Shown in pieces: positions 27,960 through 42,255 of a DNA stretch of 64,000 nt. The position numbers and the translations under genes are program-made. This stretch comes from Chrysomallon squamiferum (lineage: Eukaryota > Animalia > Mollusca). The DNA is taken from positions 1,178,001 through 1,242,000 of the forward strand of contig CM022679.1 in NCBI GenBank assembly GCA_012295275.1, given 5' to 3'. Below the pieces are notes generated by a model, which searched no databases, was not told the DNA's origin, and saw nothing but the letters and a program-made list of their open reading frames with translations. How positions within the stretch are numbered: the stretch's first letter is position 1; each line of letters opens with the position of its first letter.

Positions 27960-28242
27960 TGAACAGATCAGGTTAGAGTTGACAATAACAGTCAGGTTAT
28001 TGAAATACTTGAGATAGCTTTTAAAAAAACAAGTTTATATCACTGGACTGTCATTCACGTCATACATCTTTCTCTCTGATTAACATCTCAAATATCACAA
28101 GTTTTCTGTACCTCACTTAGTTATTCATTTTGCTCATCTGTTTTCTTTTTTGTTTTGTTCTTAATTTTATATATTTTTACTTTTTTTGTTTCTTATTTTC
28201 TTTTTCATATATTTATTTATCGATGTTGTTTATATCTATATC

Positions 28243-28293
<51 letters not shown>

Positions 28294-29275
28294 TTATTTA
28301 TTTATTCAGACACACATGTACATACAGATAAAATGAATATATGTACAGATTCACACACACACATAGACAGAAATACATACTTAAATGTATAAATTATATA
28401 TATGAATATATACACACACACACATACACTCACACACACAAACACCTATACAAAATATCTATACAAGCAGACACACATAGACACACATACAGACATGAAT
28501 TTTGTATTACGTACATGCAGATACATATTTTTAACAAATGATCTACAAATTGGCTGTAATTTATTTGTTTTTTGTTGCTAGGAGACAACACTGTATATTT
28601 AATTACGTATTTAACATGTAGACTAATGAGATCTCACTAATTACACTGTCACATACGTCAGAGCTAGAATATGACTTTTTAATTATCTGTTGTTATTATT
28701 ATTATTATATATATACATATATATATATATCCATTCAAGAAACAATTACCTAATAGATGATGTTACTCCCTGTAAAGAGTTTTACTACCAGTCCAGTGTA
28801 ATTTCAAAAGTCTAGTGGTTAACAAGACAAAGAGGGTAGGAATTACAGACAAACAGACACACTGGAGAAAATCATTCTATCAATACACAACAGTGAATAA
28901 CAAGTATTTAATGGCAGCCCTCACAAACAGCTTTTTACCAGTGACATGTAGTAAATATTATAGCATCTGGCTAACATTAGAAACAAAGAAATCTTTAAAC
29001 TGATTTTCTGCACACAGAACATTTTCAGAGTCTTTTAAACATTGTGAGACCTAGGGCAGTGGTTGGAATTGGAAATAGACTAACGGATTGATCCTGCTGC
29101 TTCTGCACATCTGTAGTCACTGGACTGTGTAACACCTGCTTCAGCCAATACAGGTTAACCAAGACAGATTGGCAGAGGAGGTTGAGAAAGAGTCATTTCA
29201 CCTGGTGATAAATCAATAAATTAGTAATACACATAAGAAATTAATGAGTTAGTCAGGTGAGTGCACACCTGAGTG

Positions 29276-29340
29276 ATGAGTTTGGAAATACTTAGAGAAC
29301 TTTCTGAACAGGTGAAACGGAAATCTTTTATTCTGCACAG
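29276..29340 (+). CDS. Candidate alternative first coding exon (MSLEILRELSEQVKRKSFILH), unidentified gene
   Basis: ATG-open frame to CACAG|gtaata, phase 2, compatible with acceptors at 32476 and 62934. Confidence 0.45.
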
Positions 29341-29448
29341 GTAATATTCAGTTTTATTGTTCACGGTAGGTAAAACACAGGTTATAAAAAAGTATTATTC
29401 AAATTGTTGTTGTACATGTAAGATCGACTTAATATACAGATAACGTCC

Positions 29449-29905
29449 TACACAGGTAAAACACATACAGGTAGCATAGTACTACACAGGTAAAACACAT
29501 ACACTTAATACAGTACTACACAGGTAAAACACATACAGGTAGCATAGTACTACACAGGTAAAACACATACACTTAATACAGTACTACACAGGTAAAACAC
29601 ATACAGATAGCATAGTACTACACAGGTAAAACACATACACTTAATACAGTATTACTCAGATAAAACACATACACGTAATATAGTATTACACAGGTAAACA
29701 CATGCAAATAACAGTATTACACAGGTAAAATACATACAGGTAACATAGTATTACATAGGTAAAACACATACAGCTAATATTGTATGGCACATAAAACACT
29801 GGCAGGTAATATGGTATTACCCAGGTAACTATTACACAAGTAAAACACAGACAGGTAATATACCGTTAAAACAGGTAATACAGAGATAAGTCTATTGTGT
29901 TACAG
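29449..29905. repeat. 34-bp minisatellite (alternating A/B units) rich in CAG|GTA
   Basis: cacaggtaaaacacatac + aggtagcatagtacta / acttaatacagtacta at 29451, 29485, 29519... Confidence 0.9.
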
Positions 29906-30059
29906 GTAATGTAGAGGTAACACAGACGAGATTACTGAAAGGTAGAGGAGAGGTGTTAATGTTCTGACTGCAAACACTGACAGAGAAATGATCAACACAC
30001 ACAGCAAGCTTTGTCCCCACCTGTAAACATTTACACGTTATAAATTAAATATGTACACC

Positions 30060-30283
30060 ACTCGGCCAATTAACCGTTGCTACGGAAGTCTTTAATTTAC
30101 TTCAGTTACTCGTGTCCAAGCTTCATGTTCTTGTGTGGATTTCTTATACACTGAGTGAAGTGAAAGTTTCTGCTGGTGGATTTTTATGTATATAAAAACA
30201 ACTTGTTGTGTTCTGGACTGGAGGGATATACTAAGAGTTTGGTTTTGTTGATTTCTCATGTTGAAAGGTTAGTTATTTCTCAG
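30060..30283 (+). promoter_or_regulatory. Candidate promoter and short non-coding first exon
   Basis: GGCCAAT ~30064, TATATAAAA ~30189, donor CAG|gtatgt after 30283. Confidence 0.35.
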
Positions 30284-31442
30284 GTATGTTATTGTGTACA
30301 CATTGTTCGTTTACCTGCCAAGATTCTCTTTGTTTGTTTGTGTTGAACGCGTTAATCAAGCTGTGAAATAATCTTATTCTTCTTTGGTTTGATTCGTTTG
30401 ATAAAATAGATTTGATTTTATTATAAGATTTTAACTGAGAACTGTGTGATGTAAAACTGTTTTGTTGTATAAGTAATATAAATGTGTGTGATGAAACTTC
30501 AAATCTGTGTTCAAATGTATGTAAACATGTTTGTCTATATGCATGCCTCCTGCATGCATGCCTGCATGCTTCTCTCTATGTATGTTTATTTATTTGTATA
30601 TATTTGTATGTGTATACATTATAGACATGTATATATGTATGTGTATGTATATATAAGTTTATTTATGTATGTTTGTATATGCATGTACATATGTACATAT
30701 ATGTGTGTGTGTGTGTGTATATATATATATTGTATATGTATGTTTATATGTGTATGTGTGAAAAAGTCAGTTTATATCAATTCATATTTGTGTGTTTATG
30801 TGTAGTTACATGTGAATGTTAGAAACCAGGAAACTAGGACAAAATACTGACTGATTTAACTTATTAAACAGAAGGAAATTACTAGTTCTCTGTATTACCT
30901 GTTATAATCACATATTAACTGATTAATAATTAACACCTGTCAGCTGAACAGGTGAAAATCTCCAATATTGATTCTACATGAAATACTGATAGTGATTTTA
31001 ATTTACTCATCTTTAAATCACACAATGATGTGATGTGAATTCAGTCTGCATTGATTTTTTCTCCTTTCAGCCTGTTTCATACAGGGTAATAAAATGTACA
31101 TAGGAATTCAATATTTTCTTCATTTTATGACTTCTTGATGTTAATTAATGTTAATTTATGATAATCAGTGTTGAAATATTATACAAGACATAATCAGCAA
31201 AGATATAAAATTAATTTCTCTTCTCCATTAATGTTGTCAGTAGCAACAGACACTGAGTGAAGATTCATACAAATGTCTCACTTCATCCAGAAAATTAATT
31301 TCTAATACCAAATAAACTGTATGATTTTTATTTTTTATTTTCTTTCAGAGAGTTTTAAAGAAAGGTAACTCTAATTCAGCAGCAGAAGATACTAAAAACA
31401 GTTGTCACATGATGACCTTTGACATGAACTGGGGTCACAAGG

Positions 31443-31531
31443 ATGATGCCACAAACAGCACCTAACTGGCTGTACTCTTCACAGGTCACAGACCTCTGGG
31501 AGTTAGAGGAGAAACATGAACACACAAACAG
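31443..31531 (+). CDS. Coding part of exon 31349-31531 (MMPQTAPNWLYSSQVTDLWELEEKHEHTN), unidentified gene
   Basis: Strong acceptor tttctttcag before 31349, in-frame stop upstream of ATG 31443, AG|gtgagt donor in phase 2 matching next exon. Confidence 0.6.
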
Positions 31532-31900
31532 GTGAGTATTAATATAAACATGCAAACAAGTGAGTTTTAACATGAACACACAAACAGGTGAGTATTAATA
31601 TAAACACACAAACAGGTGAGTATTAATATAAACATGCAAACAAGTGAGTTTTAACATGAACACACAAACAAGTGAGTTTTAACATGAACACACAAACAGG
31701 TGAGTTTTAACATAAACACAAACAGGTGAGTTTTTAACATAAACAAACAGGTGAATTTTAAGATAAACACACAAACAAGTGAGTTTTAACATAAACACAA
31801 AAAAATGAGTTTCAACATAAACACAAAAAAAAATGAGTTTCAACATAAACACACAAACAAGTGAGTTTTAACATAAACACACAAACAAGCGAGTTTCAAC
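31515..31900. repeat. ~27-29-bp minisatellite made of copies of the 31531 donor
   Basis: Unit aacacacaaaca(g/a)gtgagt(a/t)ttaa(t/c)at, ~13 copies. Confidence 0.92.
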
Positions 31901-32475
31901 TTGCACCCATGTTTTTCAAAACTCTTGTTTTTCTTTCTTTATGAAGAAAGTTATTCCATCTTCAAAGTTAATCCACCCTATCATTTCTGAAATGCTGAGG
32001 TCAACTTGCAAATACAGACATATTTTGTACTTCTCTGCTCACAAACAAAGTACAGAGACAAAACACACATTATTTACACCTGACAGGTAAGTAATGAAAA
32101 CAGATTATACACCTCACTTGTTAAACATACATATTAAAAAACAGTGAAACATGATCATAATCTAGATTATCTGATTTTCAAACAGATTGCATGACTATTG
32201 AAAATGGTTTATAACCAACATAAACAAGGGAAATGTTCAGAGCAATGTTAATTTAAAATATAATATTTTTATACTTACATACACATAAACAGACAGATGC
32301 ATATATAAATATACACACACATATACATACACATACAAACTCACATGCACATACATACACACATATACCATACAAACGCACAAACATACACATATATGCA
32401 CACAAAAAAGTATATTTTTATATATATATATCTTTATATATTATTATTATTATTTTTTTTTTTTTTTTTTACTAG

Positions 32476-32619
32476 TGAGGATGAAGGTGAACCAGAATTT
32501 TACTGTTTTGAGGATTTTTACCCTGGTGACAAGGGAGGCAATTCATATTTTGTTCCAGAAGAGTTTACCTATAAAAACTTGGAAGAGAAAATTGAAAATG
32601 AACAGATTTTTTTTGACAG
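32476..32619 (+). CDS. Internal coding exon (SEDEGEPEFYCFEDFYPGDKGGNSYFVPEEFTYKNLEEKIENEQIFFD), unidentified gene
   Basis: poly-T...actag acceptor, AG|gtaaat donor, 144 nt phase 2-2, protein-like acidic sequence. Confidence 0.7.
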
Positions 32620-32669
32620 GTAAATACATTTTATATTACTTGCAAAATAATAAAAAACAGTTTTAAAAG

Positions 32670-32702
<33 letters not shown>

Positions 32703-34559
32703 ATAATTTATTTTCTGTATTTAATTGTTTGTTATAATTTAATATGCAGAGTTTAAAACTTTTGTTTCTGTTACTATCCAGTTTGTATTCTAATTCTTAC
32801 AAAATATTTGTTTCTCTAACTACTTGTAGGATCTATGTCATTTCCTAATGTATAGTATTAACAAGGGAGATTAATCTTGAGTGCAAAAATCATTAAAGCA
32901 TCAAGAGTTACTGGTGCTGAAATTACAAAAATCAATAAATTAATTTATTCCTGGAACCATTACATATACTTCACTTCCTTGTCATTACAACCCCTGAATA
33001 TACCAACATACATCTTTGTATATTAGTAAATGTCTAATCTTTATTACAACCACCTGTATATACCAAATTTATATTTGTGTACTAGTAAATCTGTATTAAA
33101 GCCACCTCAGAATACAAACATATTTCTATATATATTAGTAAATGTGTAATTTTAATTGCAGCCACCTGCATATACCAACATGTATATACCACTACCTCTA
33201 TATACCACTATATATCTTTGTGCACCAGCAAATGTTTAATCACTATTACAGCCACCTGTGTATACCAACCATAACTATGTCAGTATTATCACTGAATAGT
33301 TTCTATTACAGTCATCTACATATTTATAACAAATGTTTCCTTACAGCCACTTCTGTGTTATGAACATTTAATTCTCTCTGTTACAGACTTCTGTATGTTA
33401 TGCATATTTATTTCCTGTACATTAGTAGCAAATGTTTACTCTCTTATACTGCCATCTCCATATTAGTAAAATATATTTTTAATAATCCCAGTAGAAATTC
33501 TTCAGAAATACAACTCCCTCTATAATTATGTCAACATTTGTTTTTTTTTTTAATTTAATTTTTATTATCATCATTATTACTGTTATTAATATTTTTAATT
33601 TTTTTTTTTTCTTCTTTTACCTTTTTATTAATTTTTTTTTTTTGTCTTTAAAACACGAGTTCATTGATATTTATAGAAAATAATAAAATTCTATTTATGA
33701 ATATTAAAAAACACAAAAAACCCACAAAGCAATACAACAAGGAATTGCTGCAGAAAAGATTGCATTTTTAGATTTCTCAGTCTTCTCCTAGGGAAATACA
33801 AAAGAAAATTAAATTTCCAAAGTATTTTTTGGGGGGGCAGTTTTCTGAATTATTCTCTTGTAAGAAAACAACATCAGAACAATGTAATTACATGGTAAAT
33901 GTAAGTGCTTTTCCTATTTTTATTTAATTTAATTTTATTATTTTATTTCCGTAAATTCTATTATTCTGTATTTTTCATTAATTTACTTGTAAAGAATTTA
34001 ATAAAATATCAGAGTTGTTAGTTCACCTTCAGAGTGTCAAATCAGCATCAGATAATATTAAGTTAATTCCAGTTCCAAACCACTGCTCCAGAAGTTAGCT
34101 TAATGACATTTTACAGTCAGTGGATGCTGTGTGGCAAACATGATGATGATGTAGTAATCAACAGCAAAATTTCAGTGTGTGCATGTGTCTATCTATGTGT
34201 ATTCTTAGATTTGGGCAGTAATTAGTTTTACAGTCATTTATTTATAGATTTTATACTTAACAATAATTATTGCTATAGAATGATTTAAATAAAAGATGAA
34301 AATTTGAATAATAAATGCTAAAAGTTATCTAACATGTCTGCTATAGTTCTGTCAGTGTCTTAGAGTACCTTTTGTAGAAAGTGGTCACAACTGGAGTCTT
34401 AATGTACTGTAAACACATTAGCCTCTCTTGTGTAACTCTTTTATGTAAGAGAGAAAAAAGGTTAACAAATGTTAATCTTAGCTCATTGCTTTTTCCTTCC
34501 TGACAAAACATCTTAAAATCTTGAATCTAATCAAAACTGGTCTGTTGAGTCTGCAATAC

Positions 34560-34790
34560 TGTGTTTTCATTGGCTGATGTGTATGTTGGTCTGCAGTTAG
34601 TGAAATTGTGTGTTTTCATTGGCTGGTATGTATATGCCGGTCTGCAGTTAAGATTTTACTATGTTTTCATTGGCTGATATGTATATGTCGGTCTGCAGTT
34701 AAGATTTTACTATGTTTTCATTGGTTGATATGTATGTTGGTCTGCAGTTATAGTAAAACTTCATTTTGATTGGTCACTAAATAAGTTGAT
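34560..34790. repeat. ~50-bp minisatellite, 4-5 copies
   Basis: tgttttcattggctgatatgtat..ggtctgcagtta units. Confidence 0.85.
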
Positions 34791-35450
34791 CTCCAAGATG
34801 TGGAATGTTACATGACTACAGACAAACAAATTAGTTTTCTTCTGCAATCCATGTTCACATTGTAATGTGTGAAAATATCTGAAGGTCTCCTACTAGAGTT
34901 TTGTAAGAGATTTTACTGAAATGATAATTTAATCTTTGTCATACACCCTCACGTTCCTAACTACGCATCAGAAATAAAATACTGACTGAAAACAAAAATA
35001 TTGAAATAAATTGTTTAGTTGACTGTTATTATTTTTATTTACTTGGGGTGCTGGGGTCTTTTGATTTGATTTTTAAAAAATTTATTTTGTTGTTGTTTTT
35101 GTATCTTAAACAATGTAAAAAATGAATTATTTTTCTCTTTTTTAATATTACATCTTAAAACGAGCAAATATTTTATTTTTTATACTTTCCATAGGATGTT
35201 TTAAATGACCAACTTAAGGTATTAAGTAGAGTAGAAGTCATTAAATCATAATTAAGTCATTAATCATGATCAACTCATTAAGAGTGATTAAATTGATTTA
35301 CTGATTCTTTCAAGTCATTTGGTGTAAAAAACAACATTAAAATAGCACTTCTTTCTTTTCTCACTTCTGATCTTTCCTTTATATTCTTCTTTTATTTTTT
35401 ATTTTTTTCTCTCTCTTGCTCTTTTTTTTCCCTCTGTCTGTCTGTCTCTT

Positions 35451-35529
<79 letters not shown>

Positions 35530-36025
35530 CTCTACCTCTACCCCTCTCTACCTAACTGTAAACAGCAAAACCACTCAGTTATGTCTATATATTGATTTGT
35601 CAAGGACATGGAACTAATCCTCTGAAGCTGGTCAGTGTAATCAGTGAGATAAGAGTTCTATGACTTGTTATTTACAAAAAAAAACAGATTACAGCCAAAC
35701 CAAGCATCACCATCAGTATTCAGTACGTAGAGTGTGTTACACAGACGTTCTTTTTAAAAAATGTTTTCATTGATTTGTGCTTTTCCTTGACTAAATTATA
35801 AAACTGATGCTGCTGCCTCTGATTTTCTGATTCTAAACTTAGACAACTCATGTTACTTACACACACACACATACTTACACAGAAAAAAATACACATACAC
35901 ACACACACACACACACATACATACATACATACATACATACATACACATACACATACATATACACACATACACACACTCATACAGGCATTCAGACATACAT
36001 ACACACACATACATAGACACATATT

Positions 36026-36083
<58 letters not shown>

Positions 36084-36810
36084 TTAATAAATAAATAAGC
36101 AAATAAATGAAAACGAAATTATAAAACATAAATAAAGAAATAAAACTTCAAATGTATTAGTAAATGAATAAATAAGAATATAAAAGCAAATAAATAAATA
36201 TAAAGGTTAAAATATTATTTTTTATAAACTAATAAATAAGTGTATGAAACAGATAAATTAAAGGATAATTACAGAGATAAGTAAATAAAAATGTATGTTA
36301 AACAAATAAATAAATATAAATGTCAGATATGTAAATAAATACATAGATAAATACATGAATAAACTAACAAATACTAATGTATATTAAACCAAATAAACAA
36401 GTATAAAAGTAAACCCAATCAGGTGCACAAATAAAGGTATAAACAAATAAATAAACAACGTAGTAAATAAACGCAAAGGTAAATACGTAAATCAATACAT
36501 GAAATGAAATAAGTATACCTGACTAAGTGAAACATGAAAGGTGTATCTAAGTAAAACACGGGTATCACAATTTTCTGTCACATCCGGCATCACCCGGCTG
36601 GATCAATGTTAATAATTAACATTAACAATTAACAGTGCAGCTTGTGTGACACTGATTTGTGGAAATGTTTGATTCTGATTAACAGAAAGCTTTCACAATT
36701 AGTGTAAATGGACGTTTGGAGTATCAGAGTGGAAACATTTTCAAAGGTTTTATGGGCTGAGGTAAACAGTTGTATCTATAAATATTAGTGTGAGTTTGTG
36801 TCTGTGTGTC

Positions 36811-36911
<101 letters not shown>

Positions 36912-37066
36912 ATAAGTGTGTGTATATATGTATATGTGTGGATGGGTCTGTTTGAATGTGTATGTGTGTATGAAGCATGTCTGTGTGTGCTCTTTGTATA
37001 TGTATGTGTGTGTGTTTGTGTGTGTGTGTGTATGTTTGTGTGTGTGTGTATGTTTGTGTGTATGTT

Positions 37067-37099
<33 letters not shown>

Positions 37100-37179
37100 A
37101 TGTTTGTGTGTATGTTTGTGTGTGTGTGTGTGTATGTGTGTGTGTGTGTGTGTGTGTTTGTGTGTATGTTTGTGTGTGT

Positions 37180-37384
37180 GTATTTGTGAGAGTGATACAT
37201 TTTTAGAAACAACGAGGAAGGTGAGAAGTAAACAAAGGTAAAGTGTTTCTGGTTACATAAACAACTCACTGAGGTGTTTGTTTCTCATTACGAGATTCCC
37301 ACTCAACTCTGTCATCACCTCACTGTTCTCTGTAGGTGTGGTGTGTATCACAGGATATGACGTGTGTGTGTGTGAGGGTGTGTT

Positions 37385-37450
<66 letters not shown>

Positions 37451-37611
37451 TGATACATTTTTAGAAACAACGAGGAAGGTGAGTGTAAACAAAGGTAAAT
37501 GTTTCTGGTTACATAAACAACTCACTGAGGTTTTTGTTTCTCATTGTGTCAACTCTGTCATTCACTGTGTATGTTGTGTGTATCACAGGTATGTGTGTGT
37601 GTGAGGGTGTG

Positions 37612-37661
<50 letters not shown>

Positions 37662-37853
37662 ATTTGTGAGAGTAATACATTTTTAGAAAACAAGGAAGGT
37701 GAGAAGTAAACAAAGGTAAAGTGTTTCTGGTTACATAAACAACTCACTGAGGTGTTTGTTTCTCATTACGAAATTCCCACTCATCACCTCACTGTTCTCT
37801 GTAGGTGTGGTGTGTATCACAGGATATGATGTGTGTGTGTGTGAGGGTGTGTT

Positions 37854-37860
<7 letters not shown>
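37180..37860. repeat. Triplicated ~200-bp block separated by (TG)n
   Basis: atacatttttagaaa...ggaaggtgag...ggttacataaacaactcactgagg at ~37195, ~37453, ~37675. Confidence 0.9.
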
Positions 37861-37945
<85 letters not shown>

Positions 37946-38577
37946 GGGGGAATATATGAGTATGCATAAGAGTGTGTGTGTGTGTGTGTAAATGATTGTG
38001 TGTATGTGTGTATGTTGTGTGTGAGAGAGTGTATTTGATTATGTGTATCTGTGTACAAGTGGGTGAGAGTATGTCTGTCTGTGTATGTGAGAACATGGGA
38101 AACACAGTGGTTTTACAAACCATAAAATGAAATATTTACAATGCAGCATTAATTAACAACAAATTATAATTATGTAGTGAACATACTTAGTCTGCTATAG
38201 ACTTTCTGCAACTGCTGACAAACAGAATATTTTCTTAATTAACTTGAATGAAGAGAAATCTCACATCAAAGAAGCAAGTCTGTGAGTAAAACACAGCTGA
38301 CACAGAGATCTGTACAACAAGCTGGTTATTCGGATTTTGTAAGCTGAAAGTTGTCCAGCAGTCATCTTGTGGTAAGGAGATTAGCCTCCTTCCTGTCAGG
38401 AGCAGTTTGCAGATCCTCCTTGACATCTCAGTTTGATGTGTGACATCTTACTCATGTCACCAGCAGAGACAGTGTGTTTAATATATCCAGTTCCAGACAG
38501 GACTCCATAGCTGATGAGTCAAAATAGTAAATGAAAAAATAAATATTTTAAGACTTGTTTAATTTTGTGTTAAGTCA

Positions 38578-39190
38578 TCACACACATGTACACACACACA
38601 CCCATGCACACACACACACATGTACACACACATGCACACACACATATGCACATGCACACACACACACACATGCACACACACACATACACACACATACACA
38701 TACATACTCATATACACACATATGCACAAAACATACACATGTACACACACACACCCCACACACACACACACACATGTACACACACATGCACATACATACA
38801 TACTCATATACACACATATGCACAAAACATACACATGTACACACACACACCCATGCACACACATACATGTACACACACACACCCATGCACATATACACAC
38901 ATGCACAAAACATATACACACACACATGTACACACACACACCCATGCACACACACATGCACATACATACATACACATATACACACATATGTACAAAACAT
39001 ACACATGCATGCATTCACTCACACACATGGATATTCACATGTACACACACATATATACAGATACATACATTACACACATATATGAACATATACAAAAATA
39101 ACATACTCATAAATACACATACATACACATGCACTGACACACACACACACACACACACACGCACATATATATATACATATACATACACAT
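38578..39190. repeat. Degenerate (CA)n/(CATA)n compound repeat
   Basis: cacacatgtacacacacacacccatg blocks. Confidence 0.9.
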
Positions 39191-39689
39191 CTTACTGAAA
39201 AGATATACTATAATGGTTAGACTGGGAAATAATTGGGCTCTTTTGATTCTCTATGCTGATCATTAAACAGACTGTGATTCTAATTAGATTTATACAACAG
39301 AATCACTGCAACATGTAAATTATTCACATTTAGCAAAACATGTAAGTGGAAATGTCTAGTCAAGAAGACAAAAAAAGAAGACATTTCCAAGAAAGAGACA
39401 TTTATTTATAGTGTTTGCATCTTTAGAGTAATTTGATCACAAGTTAACTGACAAAGTGACATTGTCACCAGTGGGAATTCATTTGGAGCACAGTAACCTG
39501 ACAAAATGACATTCACTGGCTGTGTCTGAATAATTAGTGTGGGTTGACGACGTGTTAAATGTAAAAAGTTAACATCATCCCCAGTGGGAAATCATTTTGA
39601 ACACAGTAACCCCTGAGGTCAGTGTGGCCTGATCAGACTGGAGTTATGTTGTTTTCAGATACGTTCAGATTTACATTGAATAGAGAATT

Positions 39690-40160
39690 ACATTAGAAAC
39701 AGATTTGCATTAAATACAAAATTACATTAAAAATAGATTTAGATTAAATATAAAATTACATAAAAAATGTATTTACATTAAATAAACAACTTGACTAAAA
39801 ACAGATTTACATAAAATACAAAATTACATTAAAAATAGATTTACATTAAATACAAAATTACACTAAAAATAGATTTACATTAAATACAAAATTACACTAA
39901 AAACAGATTTACATTAAATACAAAATTACACTAAAAATAGATTTACATTAAATACAAAATTACACTAAAAACAGATTTACATTAAATACAAAATTACACT
40001 AAAAATAGATTTACATTAAATACAAAATTACACTAAAAACAGATTTACATCAAATACAAAATTACACTAAAAACAGATTTACATCAAATACAAAATTACA
40101 TTAAAGACATATTTACACTAAATACAAATATATTCTTAAAAAATAGACTTACATTAAATG
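39690..40160. repeat. 34-bp minisatellite
   Basis: aaa(c/t)agatttacattaaatacaaaattacactaa units. Confidence 0.92.
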
Positions 40161-41733
40161 CAGTTTTATGAACAATCTGATAATTACATTAAACTCAGAT
40201 GTGCATTAAATATTTCTGTCTGTCTGTCTTGTCTGTACGTCTGCTTAAATCTTTTAAAATTAAGCATTAAATATTGTCAGATACTTCACAGCCTCGTGGT
40301 GTCGGCAGAAATCTCCCATTAACAGAGATATTTTAAGACGACATTTGTCTCCGGTGATTAAATTAATTAAAACCACAGAAGATGTTAGGAAGATGTAAAT
40401 CTTGGTGTGATAATGTCAGGGAGGTGACAAATCTACACGAACTGAGACCAGCAAGTTTAAAAATAAACTGCACTATAAATTTAGGTATCTGTTTTTAATA
40501 CAAAATTTAAATCACACAGATGGGAAATGTTCGTGTGTGTGTGGAGGTGGTAATATGTCCTTTTACAGTACAATTGGGAAAACTGATATTTCATATCTAT
40601 TAAGACATGGAAGCACATATCACAGACATTGATAAGTCAGAAATAGAGACATTGGCTAGATTGGGAAAAAGTGTATGATATACAATGTCTCAGACAACTA
40701 CTCTAACCACTGTTTCTTACTCATTCTGTACTGATATAGTTTAATTTTAATAGTATTTGTTACATCTAGCAAGTACAAAGAATAATTTCTTGTTTTTTAT
40801 TTACTAAATACAACATTCAAAAGTGATTGTTGTTGTTGTAGATGCTGGGAATCATTTCTGTACATCTGTTTTATGTTTATTTATTTATTCTGTTTAATAT
40901 TGTTTATTTGTTTATTTTCTATTATTATTTTTTTTTTTTTGCGTTTCCTATTTGTATCATTAATATTTGGTAATTAAAAAGAACTGTTGAACAAATTTGT
41001 ATGGATACAAGGATGAACTGATAGACAGAGAGAAACAGCCAGAGAAAGAAATAAAAAAACAGAGAGACAGAGACAGCAAGACAGACATATATAGAGAAAG
41101 TCAGATAGAGACATAGAAAGACAAAGACAGAAAGAGAAAGAGAAGAAAGACACAGAGACAAATGTGTGTGTATATGCATCTGGTATATACATGTGTGTGT
41201 CTGTGTGTGTGTATGTGTATGTGTCTGTGTGTGTGTATGTATATGTGTGTGTGTATGTGAGTGTGTGTGCGTGTGTGTTTATGCTCACTCAGCTGTGTAC
41301 TAAACTAGACATGGGAAGTAGGAAGTCACAGACAATGTTGGACTGTGAAGCAAAATACTAATCATCATTTATGACTTATCTTCAAACAAAATGGCCACTC
41401 GCACTCCACTGATTAAAGTCTATCTCCTCAATGGTTGCTATGGTGACGGGCTGTCTAAATATAAACATGTTTTGTTATGAGATTGAATATTATTAATATT
41501 ATTAAACTGTTCACTTTTCTAGTATATGTTTAAAGTCACGTGTGTGCATGTTGTAGAAAAAAATGTAGTATATCTATTTATCTATCTATCTATCTAACTA
41601 TCATACAGGTACTGTACCTGTATATATATATATATATATATATATTAAACTTGACAATTAAGAAAGAAATAAAAGAGTTAATAATTAATGTATATATAGA
41701 GACAATATGTGTTTAAAAATGTATATACATCTA

Positions 41734-41779
<46 letters not shown>

Positions 41780-42255
41780 ACAGTTTAGTGTAAAATAAAG
41801 TTAATAATTAACACAGGTACTGGTTAATAATTAACACAAAGACCTGTATATATATATATATATTAAACTTGACAATTAACACAGTTTAGTGTGAAATAAA
41901 AGAGTTAATAATTAACAAAAAGATACTTAGAGACACAGTGACACAGTTTAGTGTGAAATAAAAGAGTTAATAATTAACACAAAGATACTTAGAGACACAG
42001 TGACACAGTTTAGTGTGAAATAAAAGAGTTAATAATTAACACAAAGATACTTAGAGACACAGTGACACAGTTAATAATTAACACAAAGATACAGAGACAC
42101 AGTTTAGTTTAGTGTGAAATAAAAGTGTTAAAATTAACAAAAAGATACTTAGAGACACAGTGAAAAGTTTAGTGTGAAATAATTAACACAAAGATACTTA
42201 GAGACACAGTGACACAGTTTAGTGTGAAATAAAAGAGTTAATAATTAACACAGAC
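41780..42255. repeat. ~62-bp minisatellite
   Basis: acacagtttagtgtgaaataaaagagttaataattaacacaaagatacttagagacacagtg units. Confidence 0.9.

Noticed and set aside
32080-32092. Perfect donor CAG|GTAAGT
   Set aside because: No convincing acceptor or ATG-open frame found upstream, so not called an exon.
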